In this document: piece by piece, positions 24,877 to 57,490 of the stretch
How the letters are laid out: each line of letters begins with the position of its first letter
Position numbering within the stretch: position 1 is the stretch's first letter
Assembly: GCF_009914755.1 (NCBI RefSeq)
Contig: NC_060930.1
Strand: one strand, 5' to 3'
Source: the human T2T-CHM13v2.0 reference genome, Homo sapiens
Length of the DNA stretch: 64,000 nt
Notes under the pieces: model-generated
Database searches by the model: none
Seen by the model: only the letters and a program-made list of their open reading frames with translations
What the model was told of the DNA's origin: nothing
Program-made: the position numbers and the translations under genes

Positions 24877-26505
24877 GTGAGTGAGCCGAGCTCGAGAGGG
24901 GCGCGGGTAAAGAGGGGGCGCCGTGGGCCCTGGTGCCAGCTGCGTGCGTCCAGCCGCCGCCCCCCGATAGAGGCCTGGACGTCCCCCTAGTCTCAAGGAG
25001 CGGGAACGGCTCGCCTCCTTCTTTTACAGAAAGGAAGTGAAGTGTTTGCTCAGGTAGGACTCGGGCTCCCTACTGGAGTTGGCAGGAGGAGCCTCCCTCG
25101 GCGGCGCAGCCTCTACCCTCCCGCGCACGCCTTTGGAGGGGGCGGAGGGACGGAGGCTTCCTTTGCAGGTGGTCCCGGGGGCGGGCAGGTGGGTGGCTGG
25201 AGGCTGAGTTGGGGAAGGGCAGCCGGGCCGAGACGTGCCCGGCTCTGAGGGTAGGGCGGAGCTGTCGGGAGTGGGCAGGCTCAGCTTGGAGCCCGTAATC
25301 CTCTATTACCGATCCCGTGGTGCCTTTGAGGGGTCGCACCTTCTCCTCACAGCTCTCTCCCTGTTCTTCCCAGCTTCAGTAGGAGTGTCTTCTCAGCCCT
25401 CCCCTTCCAGGCTTCAAGGTCCTGGCCAGCTGCCCCTTCTCCCCGCCTCTCCCATTCAATTTCCTGCGTCGGTCATCTGGCGCCCTTGGGTCCTTGGTTC
25501 TAGCTTCTCTCCAGCACTTCACAAACATTAATTAATTCTGGCCGCCACCTCCCAGGGTCTGGGCTGGATGAACAGGGAATCAGTTCACGTCCCTGGAGAG
25601 GGCCAGGCCTGTAGCAGGGAGAGGGCAGGAGAGAAATTAGGTAGAGAGGATGGGTTTATCTTCAGAGGAGCAGCTGGATGTGATTCGCTGGATGGGAGTG
25701 TAGGTGGTTTCTCCAGCCAGACCCCAGGGCAGGGTCGGCTATCTTTGTCCCGTTTACAGTCTGGGGGCCTGGGTTAAATTGTCTCATCCTCCCAACCACA
25801 CATGGCTGTCCTCTAGGGTACACCCACCCTCCTCTGCTGATCCACTGAGTGGGACCAGCCAGCCGCGTGGTGCCTTCTCTCTGATGGCCTTGGAGGACAA
25901 CCTGGCACCCTCAGCTCAGGACTGATGCTGGACAGGGCCCGGCTCACCCCAAGCCTGGGAGGTGAGGGGTCACTGGTCTCTCCCAGGGTTGCTGGGAGTT
26001 TAGCTTTCATCTTGGTGTAAAGGGAATGGATTGTGGGATTGGAGGGCTGGCTCTGCCAAGCAGGGAGTTCTCACCTGGCATTCCAGCCTGCCCTGCTCGC
26101 CTTCTCGCAGAACCATCCAGGTCCCTCCTGGTGCCCTCCCCTTCACACGTGGAATCCCTGCCTATTTGTCCCCACTTCCACTAGATCTAACTTCTTCCCA
26201 GCTCCCTAGAGGATGGGGGTGGAGCCACATCTGGGCCAGCATTTGTGCAGGCCTCCTCCAGAGAGCAGTGACTAGGCCCTGGCTGCCCTGAGGCCAGGGC
26301 TGCCCACAGTAGGTACAGAGTAAACACCTCTGATAAAGCTGAGGGAAGGAGGAGAGGGTGTGGGGACTGGGAGGGACATAGGGATCTATCGTGGAAGTCC
26401 CCTCCTAGTGTCTGAAGAGCACCAGGGACTTTTGGGAAATGACCACCTCTGTTGCTTAGTGCCTGGCTTGGGGCTGAACACATGATGATTTTCAAGTGCC
26501 TGTGA

Positions 26506-33309
<6,804 letters not shown>

Positions 33310-34346
33310 TCAAGGTACTCGTGTTACATTTTCTTATGCCTCTTCAGTTTCCTTTAATCTAAAACAGCGCCCCGCCCTCATCTCCTTTTCCACCATGAAC
33401 ACTGAGTTTCTGGCAAGGCGGGGTTGTGGTGTAGGCTGCTTCACTTTCTGGATTGATTTGTCAGGGCTGCCTTTGTTGCTTTGTTTCCCAGAGAGCTCTG
33501 CGGAGGTTTGGAGCCAGGGCGAGTTGGCCTGAGGGTCTGCCCTGCTGAGGGTCCTACAGCCTCAGTTACTCTGTCAAGTGAGAAAGACTGAGAGAGTCCA
33601 GTTCTGGGTTATGGAGAGTGGGAGACAAGCCTGGGGCTGGCAGGCCAAATATATGAGGCAAGGGCTGGCTGGCGGCCCATGGTTGCACCTTTTCTCCCTC
33701 TCTTCCCAGCTTTCCCTTTGGTCTCCTGCTCCCTGTCTTTCTTCTCCTTGGCCTTACAGATATGTCCTCCCATGCACCCAGCACCGCTGTAGAGACCCCA
33801 GGACTTGTCAGACAGCCCGCCTGACCCTGACAGCCAGAAACCCAGGCCTGTGGCAGAGGCAGGGTGGCACAGTGGCCCCGACCTTTATTTCTACTGGGCC
33901 AAGTTTAGTTGTTCTTGCTATCTCCATTCTTCCTGGAGAGACTATTTGGGTTCTCTGCGTGTGCGGCTTATTGTCCTTTCTAGACTTTAAGCTTTCTGAA
34001 GGCTTTAGCTGTACTTGTTTTAAAATTCCATATATTCCATATACTGTCTGGCCCCCCATTGGTTGGCACAGGGTGGATTCTTGGTAAAGATATGTAGAGG
34101 TAAAGGAAATGGTTGCTTTTGCAGGGATGCAGGAGTTAATTTCTTTTCTCTGATGAGCCAGGAGCCCCAACCAGTGAATCTGGGTTTCTCTCTTAACATT
34201 CCGCCTAGTAGGTGTGACTTTGGCTATCTGGAGAAAGGGCCCCCCAGGCTTCCCACCCACCACCAGCCCATCCCAGTGTTCTGACAGTGCCTGCTGTTGG
34301 AGTGGCCTCCTTGGGGCTGGCCTGCATCTGTGGAGTGGTGGCCAGT

Positions 34347-35296
34347 TGTAGGGTCTAGCCCTACGGGGCTTAGTGGGTGTTCTCCCCATGTGCGGAGATG
34401 AGAGATTGTAATAAATAAAAGCACAAGACAAAGAGATAAAGAAAAAACACCTGGGCCGGGGTGACCACTACCATCAAGACGCGGAGACCAGTAGTGGCCC
34501 TGAACGGCTGGGGTCACTGATATTTATTGCATACAAGACAAGGGGGCAGGGTAAGGAGGGTGAATCTTCTAAGTGATTGACAAGGTGAAGCAAGTCATGT
34601 GATTACAGGATAGGCGGCCCTTCCCTTTTAGGTAGCCGAAGCAGAGAGGGAAGGCAGCATATGTCAGCGTTTTCTTCTCTGCACTTGTAAGAAAGATCGA
34701 AGACTTTAAGACTTTCACTATTTCTTCTACCGCTATCTACTGCGCTCTTCAAAGAGGAACCAGGAGTACGGGAGGAGCATGAAAGTGGACAAGGAGTGGG
34801 ACCATTGAAGCACAGCACCACAGGGAAGGGTTTAAGCCTCCGGATGACTGCGCGCAGGCCTGGATAATATCCAGCCTTCCACAAGAAGCTGGTGGAGCAG
34901 AGTGTTCCCCAACTCTTCCAAGGAAAGGAGACTCCCTTTCGCGGTCTGCTAATTAACGGGTGCATTCCCAGACACTGGCGTTACCACTTGACCAAGGAGC
35001 CCTCAAGCGGCCCTTATGTGGGCGTGACAGAGGGCTCACCTCTTGCCTTCCAGGTCACTTCTCACAATGTCCCTTCAGCACCTGACCCTATACCCACCGG
35101 TTATTCCTAGGTTATATTAGTAATGCAACAAAGAGTAATATTAAAAGCTAAAGATTAATAGTGATTGCTAATTGCCCATGATCATCTCTATATCTAATTT
35201 GTATTATGACTATTCTTATTCTATTTTTTTTATTATACTGAAACAGTTTGTGCCTTCAGTCTCTTGCCTTGGCACCTGGGTAATCCTCCACCCACA
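34347..35296 (-). mobile_element. Solo LTR, LTR13/LTR13A family (HERV-K13/HML-4 group), 950 bp
   Basis: TG...CA termini. The minus strand starts TGTGGGTGGAGGATTACCCAGGTGCCAAGGCAAGAGACTGAAGG. Perfect 6-bp TSD GCCAGT at 34341-34346 and 35297-35302. Confidence 0.9.
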
Positions 35297-36800
35297 GCCA
35301 GTGTCTGGGGCTGGGAGCCAGAAGACCTGGGATCTGGAACTTGCTGTTCCATTAACTTGTGTGACCTGGGCGGGTCAGTTTCTCCTCCATGCCCTAGGGA
35401 CAGTTTTCTCATCCACAGCTGAATGGGGGCGGGGGGAGGGTTGTTCAGGGTCCCTCGGGGATTTCCCCAGTCTGTCATTCCCCCAGTCTGTCATTCCCCC
35501 TCCCATGGTGCTCTGATGGTGGCCAAGGTGGTAGGTTTTGAGTCAGGCTCCTTGATAGTCACCTGCCCCACTTCTATCTAGCTCCCTTCCTCCTCCTTAT
35601 CTAATCTTTCCAGACAGCACTGACCCACCCTGCTACCTTTCCCATGGCGCCCACCTGGATCTCAAAGTCCACGCAGGGTGGAATGGGGCAGAATGGGATG
35701 CAGCTGTCTTCCTCTCCTACCTCAGATCAAGGTCTTGGGGTGTAGACCCCGTGGGCATTTCAGGGACTGTGCCCTCCTGCAACCCTAGAACAAGCTGTCA
35801 ACCAGCTCCTCTCCAGAGGGCCCAGAACAGCCCTGCCTGCCCACAGGCCTCCAGCCAGGACCCTTTCCCTGTAGCCCCATCCTCCTGCTCCCTCTGCTGT
35901 TCAGACTGGTCTTGTGCCTCCCAGTGGATGGAAGGCGCACTGCAGGGACTGTTGTCCTCTGGGCTCCTGAGCCTCTGCTGGGCTGGTCCTGGAGGGGAGA
36001 AGGGGACACACAGGTGTAGACAGGGCTCCTGTCCTCGGCACTCAGCGTGGTCGCAGGAGATCCCAGAGGGTGGGGACCACACCCAGCACATAGTAGGCTC
36101 GTGGTGAGGTCTGTCGAGTAGATGGAGGCCTGGGTTGTGTCTGTGCCATTCTCTGACCAGCTGTGTGGCTCAGGGGTTCCATCCACTCTGTGGGCCTCAC
36201 TCTGGACTGTGGTAAGAACACAATGAGATACTGGATGTAAAAACGATTGATAAACTATAGAGTCGCGCGATGGAGGGGCAGTTTTTTTGTGATCTTGGCT
36301 GGGGTACCACAGGCCTCTAGGTGAGGGGCGATGCCGGTGGTGGGCGTAGCGGGGCGTGGGCAGGGAACCACACGGGAGCCTCAGCTTGGCCTTGAGATGG
36401 CAGGAGTGGGATGGGGCGTCATCCTAGTAGAGGCTGGACAGTGAGAGATCGGTGGGCTGGTAAAGGGTGGGAACAGGTCTTTTCTGGGGCCCGTGGGTGG
36501 AGGGACCTTGTGGGGAGGCGTTGGCGAGAGGGGGGTGAAGCGAAGCGGCCACTTACCCCTGTAGAGCGCGGCTCTGGTTTCAGCGCCCGGTGCGCACTCA
36601 GCAGGGCACCTGTGGTCCGGCTAGTTTGATAAACACAGGTGCCCGCCATGAGGAAGAGTCGGGGTGGGGCGCTAAGGCCAGGGACGTCGGTGCCATCAGG
36701 TGGGGAGGGGTACCCCGGGGCCGCCCTCCGCGGGCAGACGAGCGGGGGAGAGCAGGAAAGCGCGGGCGCAGCGGCACATCACCCGCCCCGCCCCCGGGCG
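34500..36800 (-). ncRNA. Predicted spliced antisense lncRNA (probably the annotated ITPR3 antisense RNA); exon 1 ~36800-36557, exon 2 35988-~34500
   Basis: Minus-strand donor GGG|GTAAGT (36556-36551), acceptor TGTGTCCCCTTCTCCCCTCCAG|G (AG at 35990-35989), and AATAAA (34528-34523) in the LTR. Ends are inferred. The link to an annotated antisense gene is from memory and unverified. Confidence 0.55.
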
Positions 36801-37300
36801 CGTCTGGCGGAGGCGCGGCGTCCTGGCAGCGGCCGGCAGTCGGAGGCAGGCCGGGGCGAGGCCGCGCTGGCCCTCCCTTGGCGGCGGCGGCGCGTCGCGG
36901 GAGACGGCTGCACGTGGGACGGCGAGTTTCGCTTCGCCGCGGGGGCGGGGGCGGGGCCGGGGCCGGGGCCGGACGCCCGGAGCTCGCGGGCCGGGCCAGG
37001 CTGGGGGCGGGGCGGGCGCGGGGCGGGCGCGGGGCGGGGCCGGGCCGGGCCGGGGCGGGGCCAGGGAGGCCAGACCTACGCTCTCCGGAGCCGCGCGGAC
37101 CCAGAACCGCTCCCACCACGCAGCGATGGGGAGGTCGCGGCCTCGGCCGGTGAGGCTCCCTCTCCATGCAAACTTGCCTAACTTGTGTCCCGGCCCTCGG
37201 CCCTCCCTCTGGCCCCAGGTCTCCCGACAGGCCATCTGATAAGAGCTTTCTTGCTTATCTGTTAATGACTTCACGCGACGCTCCCTCCCGTCCCCTCCTG
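36260..37300. promoter_or_regulatory. Second (intronic) CpG island, promoter-like
   Basis: Dense CpG, clustered GGGGCGGGGC boxes at 36941-37060, E-box CACGTG at 36911-36916, and splice donors pointing outward on both strands. Confidence 0.88.
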
Positions 37301-38599
37301 CTCCCCTGTCGCCAGAGATCACCTTCATGGGATCCCTTAGGCCTAATGAGTACGCACAGAGACACGGGTGAGGGGAGCTTGGGGGCACGGTGGGACCCTG
37401 CAAACATCTGCCCAGGGCCACCTTCTTTATCTACACACACCAGGTGGGGGCTGCGCTCAACTTCTGGAGAATAAAACAAGGAAGGCAAGGTGGCAAGGTG
37501 CCACCTCTTGGAGGTTCTTGGGGGACACAGAATGGAGCTTAGCATTCCCAGATGATGCCTGTTTTGCTGGTCCTGGCGGACCCGGGAGAAAATGCCCAAG
37601 GTCCCATCTCCTGCCTCCCAAGTCCTCACTCCTGACCGACCCTCCCTGCTTTCCGTAGCCCTGCCCAGGGCTTGCTTCTCTGCTCCAGTCCCTTCCACAG
37701 ACCGTTGTCGTCTGCTCAGCTGCACATCTGGGATGTTTTCCTTCCCAGCCTTGTTTGAATTCCCCTCCGGAATCCGTGCTCCCCTTCTGACCGGTCCCTC
37801 CCTTCTCTAAGTGGCTTCTGTTTGCACTCCTTGCTTTGTGGACTGCTGGGCACTGGCATGGGGAGGGGCTGAGCTGGAGAGGCGGGGCTTCAGAAGCTGT
37901 GCCAGCGTGGGCTCGGACAAATGGACATCCACCTAATGACCAGGTGGGCTTGTCCAGAGGGGTGAGGAAAAACGCTTTGGCCCCCAAATTTGCATGTCTT
38001 TCCTGCATGTGTGACCCAGACAAGGAGTTCCCAGGAGAGGCGTGGAGGGGTCAGGGATGAGGATGAGTTTTTTCCTCAGACAGGGACCCTCTGAGGAGGG
38101 GGACTCTGCGGCCTCTTCCTCTTTCCCCCGCTACAAGGCCCTGTGTACCGGTCAAGATGGGGGCTGTGGGGACTGCCGCCAGCCTCTCTTCAGCTGCACA
38201 ACCTCCATGCTGCCCTGCGGCTCCATCACCCCAGTCAATGCTTTCTTTCTCTCGCCATCAAAATTCATCCATCCTGTGTCCCCTCCCTTCAGGGCTTTGC
38301 TAAGAGACAACCAGCTAATCTGATTCACTAATATCTTACAGGAAATTCTATGAATTATTCAAGGCTCTGAGCAGTTCCTGCTTCTCCCACACCTTCTCTG
38401 ATTGGCCAAGCAGTGACCTCTCCCTTCCCTGAATTCGGACGAAACCCACGGCTGGTACCACCAGTCGGCTCTGATACATATTCTTTATATTATTTATCTT
38501 CTGAGTATGTGATTTGTCTTCCCAATGAGATTTTAAACTACCTGAGGCGGGGACCTTGTCTTTTGCTTCTTGTGTACTTTACTGCACAGCTAGTAAAAT

Positions 38600-40090
<1,491 letters not shown>

Positions 40091-40289
40091 GGAGACAGAG
40101 GACCCTCTGCCGTCCCGTCATTCTGCAGTCCTGCACAGCGCCTGCTCTGACGCCGGGCTGCCTGGCTTCAAAACCTGGCTCTGTGGATTGTTTAACATCT
40201 CTATACCCTGGTTTCTCTGCCTGCAAAATGGAAATAACAAAGTAGAATTAGAAACTTAAATAACAATATATGAAAACATGAGGTAGTTC

Positions 40290-41880
<1,591 letters not shown>

Positions 41881-42290
41881 TTAACACTTTGCATTGTGCA
41901 AGGTGTTAATCATTACAAAGAAAACACACAGGGGCTCCCTTCTCAAGGAACTCACAGTGTAGACACAGCAAGTCAAGAAGTGGGGAGAGACACTGCCAGG
42001 ACCAGGTGCCGGAACATGAAGGAGGGAGGCCCACAGGGGCTGGCCAAGGAAGGCTTTGTAGAGTAGGAAAGCAGAGCTGAGGGTGGAAGGATGGAGTTTT
42101 GCTAGGCCTGTGGCTTCATGGGGCCAGAGTGGAGTGAGTATTAAGGCACTGCAGGCTGCCAGGACTGCCTCTGGAGAGATGAGAGCTCCAGGGACCTTGG
42201 GATCAACTGGAGGTTTAGTAGAGTTGGGGCAAGGAAATAGTGAGGCTAGCTAGGGAGTAGGTAGAGGTCAGATCACAAAAGACCTTGTTA

Positions 42291-42663
<373 letters not shown>

Positions 42664-42867
42664 TTAGGCAAGTTATTTAATATTCAGATTCGGTTTTCTC
42701 CTCAGTAAAATGGCACTAAAAACAAGCCCCTTGCTGGCAAGTTGGTGAGAATTCAGAGGTAACAGGCATGGGGGTGTTAAGACAGAGTTGGCCTTTGACA
42801 CGGTGGGTGATCAGCATCACTTTATCTTAGAGGCTGGAGTGGCATTGACAAATTTTAAATGCAGGAA

Positions 42868-43005
42868 GGGTGGCTGGATGGGTAGATGGGTGGATGGGTG
42901 GATGGATGGGTGCATGGGTGGGTGGATGAATAGATGGATGATTGGGGGCTGGGTAGATGGATGGGTGGAGGGATGAGTGGATGGGTGGATAGATGGATGG
43001 GTAAA
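42868..43005. repeat. Degenerate (GGAT/GGGT)n simple repeat
   Basis: gggtggctggatgggtagatgggtggatgg… read directly. Confidence 0.9.
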
Positions 43006-43675
43006 TGAATGCCCTCAAGAGATGCAAGATTAATGCCAGCATGGCTATAAGAGGGAAATTGTCCTAGGGTGAACCAAGGAGGAGACTATGAAATGAGGCC
43101 TGACTGAGACTGGGAAGGGGTGAGAATCATCATCCTTCCTTGGAGACCTAAAGACTCATGCCGCTAGTTTGGTGTCTCCTGTGCTTCTCTCATCTGTCTG
43201 TCTTTGGTCTCTCTCTGCTTCTGTTTCTTATGCTTTTTGTCTTTCTGACTCTCTGTCTCCCTCCCTTCCACTCCTCTATGCTTTTGTTTTTCTCCTCCTC
43301 TCCTGCCCCCTTCACCCACTGCCCATCCCATCAGGGCAGCAGGGTCTCAGGGCTGGGACAGGAGATACACCTGCAGCATGTGACAGGCCCGACTGGTGGC
43401 AGAGTCCCCCCAGGACAGCTGCAGCTCCAGTCAGGGGGCTGGGGTGGGCTGGGTGTGCTTCTGTGTTCTTCCTGGGGTTCTCCCCGCCCCCAAGAGACAC
43501 CTTGCCTTTCAACGGTGGTGCCAGGAAAGAATGACTTGATGGTGGGGAGCTTGTTAGAGATGGAGGAATTATCTTAGGGGCTCACTGGTACCCTGGCATC
43601 CCCTGCTCTAAGGGAAGGGATACTGTGGGAGATAGGTCTCTTCTCTCCTGCTGACCGAGCTGCTTTGTTCCCCAG

Positions 43676-43746
43676 GCTGGTGGATGACCGCTGTGTGGTG
43701 GAGCCCGCGGCCGGGGACCTGGACAACCCCCCTAAGAAGTTCCGTG
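43676..43746 (+). CDS. ITPR3: ITPR3 coding exon 2 (LVDDRCVVEPAAGDLDNPPKKFR), 71 nt
   Basis: Acceptor tgctttgttccccag|G and donor G|GTAAGA. Continues the exon 1 frame; the NPPKKFRDC motif is conserved in IP3 receptors. Confidence 0.98.
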
Positions 43747-46700
43747 GTAAGACCTCCGCTTCCTCTGCCCCCGCCCCTCCCAGGCTGCAGGGTCCTGGAC
43801 CTGCGACTGAATTTATTCAACTGCATTCAGCCCCAGTGGCTGGATTAGATGTGGCGCTGCCCTGCAGACCTCACTCTGCTGTCGGCGGAATCCCCCTTGG
43901 CTTGCACTGCTGCCATCTTGGCACAGACGTGCCATTCCCTTCATTTTCTGGGGCCACACCCCACTTCTCAGGGGCACACCCACTTCTGGCCAGGGGCCCA
44001 TTCTCCCCCCAAAATCCCCACAGCCACAGGGCTTTCTTTGTCTGTGTGACTGGATGTTTTCTGAGGGAACGGGTGGAAAAGAGAATTGTCTTAGACTTTA
44101 GGAGGCCCTGGTGACAGCCCTTCCCTGTGCCTCAGTTCCTCATCTGCATGGTAAGAGATTTGGACCCCATGGTTTCCAGAACTCTTCTGACCCTGGCTGT
44201 GTCCTCAGCCCCCTCCTGTGTGTGAGTCCTGCCCTGCAGGAGGCTCTAATAACAAAGCCCCTTGGTGGGAAGTTGGTGAGAATTCACCTTGGGCAAGTGA
44301 CTTCGTTCACGGGACCTTGTCCTGAGTGGTCAGTGGGCTCCTCGGGCCGCCCAGCAGGCTGAGGGCCTTTGTGGGGATTAAACAATATCCTGGCTGTCAT
44401 TATGCCAAGCCAGGGTGAGGTGCTATTGTTGTGCTTACCTGTGAGGGCTGAGACCGACTGACAGTCAGACAGACAGGTCCTGGGCGTGTTGGGCAGGGTG
44501 GGAGCAGGCAGCAACACGCTGGGCCTGCTGCCACCAAGTCTGCCCGCGTGGCTGCTCCTCTGGGGAGAGCTTAGCTGGGATTGTCCTCGCGGGGGATGCT
44601 GGAAGGGGAGCGGGATTTAAGACAATCCGGCGGCATCCTTGGCTGGCTGGCTGGCGGCCGGGGTCCTTGCCCATCACTTGGAACCTGCAGAGGGGCCCCC
44701 TGTCTGCAATTCTGTTCCTGCTTCCATCACGGGGCTCTGAGTGAGGGTTTTGGCTGGTGGAGGTCTTAGGTGGGAACTGCCCTGGCCCTGGACGAACCGC
44801 ACCACCATAAGGCCCCTTCACCCTACACCGTTGGCCCCTGCTGCCTCTCCACCTCATCCTCTCCCCCTTGCCCCCTCCCACTTCCCTGCAACCACACCAG
44901 CCTCCCTGCCATTCCTCACAGTCACCAGCAACACTCCCGCCTCCACATCTTTGCTGTTCCCTCTGCCCTGAACGTTCTTTCTCCAAATATCCACGCAGCC
45001 CAGATGCTCAGCAGCTTTAGGTCTCACATCTTCAGCGAGGCCTTCCCTGACCACTCAATACAAAATCGCACTGCTGGCCCCACCTCCCTTCCCTGCTTTC
45101 TTTTTCTCTGTAGCATGAATCTGCTGTGCTCAGTGTATTTTATTTATTTGTGTTTGCCATTTTTCTGCCCCACTAGAATGTCAGTTCCACCAGGGGAGGG
45201 ATTTCTGTGTTTTTGTTGTTGTTGTTTGCTGTTTTACCTGCAGTGTCTGCCACACGGCAGATCCCCGAGCACATTTGAGTAATCAATGCATGCACAGGGC
45301 CCCTCCCCAGCGTCCTCTTGCCCTGCCCCTCACTCAGGCCTGGCTGCTCCATGTCCTGTTGTTGTGACCCACCCAGAATTTCCCCAGTGGAGCCCAGGCT
45401 CTGTGGGTTTAATGTGCTCACTTGGAGGCACAGGTCTGACCTCGCCTGTCCCAGTTCCCTGAAGGATGGACGGGTAGAGAAAGGAGGCCTGGGCCTCTCC
45501 TGGAGTCAGAAATGGGAGGGCGTTGAGGCTGCAGATGGAGGCTAGATTGCCATCTAGTAGGAGGATTTAGTCTAGTTCTTGGAAAGAACTTAGAGACAGA
45601 GAGAAAGAGAGAGAGAGGTGAGGGTCCCAAGGGTGGGCTCTGCCAGGACCGGAAGGGGAAGCTTTGCATGTGTGTCGAGGTGTGTGTGGGCAGCTGTGTG
45701 GTGTGACAGGCTGGTGACAGGGAGGTGGGTGTGACCGAGGAAGACTTGCCCTAAGCTTCTAGTGGACAGTTTGGGGCCAATTTTTGACAACAACAAAGCC
45801 ACTTAGCAGAACAAATGCGCCTTTGACTTCTTGCCCTCCTCTGTCCTCATTGCGCCTTCCCTCTCCCTCCTCCCCCAGGCCCCTCATCTCATCTTCTCCA
45901 TTTTCCCAAAGCCTGTGAATGAGGCCCACCCCAGGATACCTGGGCCACCCCGTGGTCCCATATCCTCGCTGGGTCCATCCAGCAAAGTGATGTGGAAGAG
46001 AAAGGTTCAGACTCCATCTCCTTCCCCCTCTTCTCTGCCCCAGCTCCTGGTTCCTTGATGTCTTGGTGAGGTGGGTAGAGGCCCCTCTGGACTCCCTATG
46101 GCCCTGTTGGGACCTGAGCGGAGCCAACCTTCTGGAACAGAGCCAGGCCTCCGTACACCCTTTGGCTGGCGAGTACAAGTTGGGGCATTAGAATGTGGGA
46201 TGAGAGACATGGACTATAGCCTCTTCAGTTTTGACACTGGAGCCCAGAAAAGACAAAGATGGAGCTTGGCCTCAAGCCAGGAGTCCTGGCTTTCACTGTT
46301 TCCACTGGCCCTGGAGGGTGGGACCCAGCAAGGGGGTGGGGTTATGGCAGGCGTTTTAGAAGTTGGCTGGTGGTCATCAGAAATGGCCTTGTCCTGAAGA
46401 CTCCCAGAAGTTCTGCCCCCCACCATCTTGGGGTGAGCCTGGCCATTGCTGGGACTCCCAGCTCCCTGCCCGGCTCCCTGCCAGCTCCCCTTTCACTTGC
46501 TGACCCTGGAGGCTGGACTCGCAAAGCCCCCACCACCCCCACCTCGGGAAGGAATCCCTGCATGGCTCCTTGCTTGTGGCTTCAGCTCCAGCCACCTTCG
46601 AAGCCACCCTAAGCCCCAACATGTTCAGGGAATTATTTCCAGAGCTGGCAAGGCCCTGGGAAGCCCAGGCTGCTGATGCCCTGCTATGTGTGGCACCCAC

Positions 46701-47102
46701 GCTAGGCCAGCCCTTGAACTCTGCCTGGCTGTAACGTTTCGGGCTGTGGCTGCCGTGAGTCCCGAGCTGCTGACTGGGCTGAGCCTGGGGCACATTCCCT
46801 CTCCTAGCCCTTTTTCCTTCTTTTCCTCCTCCTGTTGGGGCAAGGGACCTGGGTAGCCCTTGTCTCCAGGTCTACCTCAGGGAAGCTCAGAGCCTGCACC
46901 CCCAGCCCCAGTGCCCCCAAGACATGTGTGTGGGGGCAGGTGCCAGGGAGGAGAGTGATGAGGTGACTGCCCTCCATTTGCATGACTGGATGCCCCCTTC
47001 CCTAGCCTACGCCTCCTCTACCTGTCCATGCTCCAAGCCCGGCTTATTGTTATTGTGATTAAGATATATTTCAAGTCTACACGATAGTAAAGAGAAAAAT
47101 AG

Positions 47103-57490
<10,388 letters not shown>

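Larger units (their letters stand above)
23530..25340. promoter_or_regulatory. ITPR3: CpG island / main ITPR3 promoter (TATA-less, GC boxes, octamer ATTTGCAT 24484-24491, ETS-like ACTTCCTG 24509-24516)
   Basis: Very high CpG density surrounding the start codon, with several GGGCGG boxes. Boundaries judged by eye. Confidence 0.93.

Noticed and set aside
34410-34419. Two overlapping sense-strand AATAAA in the LTR as a premature ITPR3 poly(A) site
   Set aside because: The downstream sequence is A-rich with no GU/U element; this is simply the reverse of the LTR U5 tract.
36590-37421. Overlapping 180-240 aa Pro/Arg/Gly-rich ORFs on both strands (similar ones at 23750-24790)
   Set aside because: Stop codons are scarce in CpG islands; the proteins are low complexity with no domain signal.
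45547-45561. CTCF-like motif (reverse strand CCTACTAGATGGCAA)
   Set aside because: It mismatches the core and cannot be supported without a matrix scan or ChIP data.
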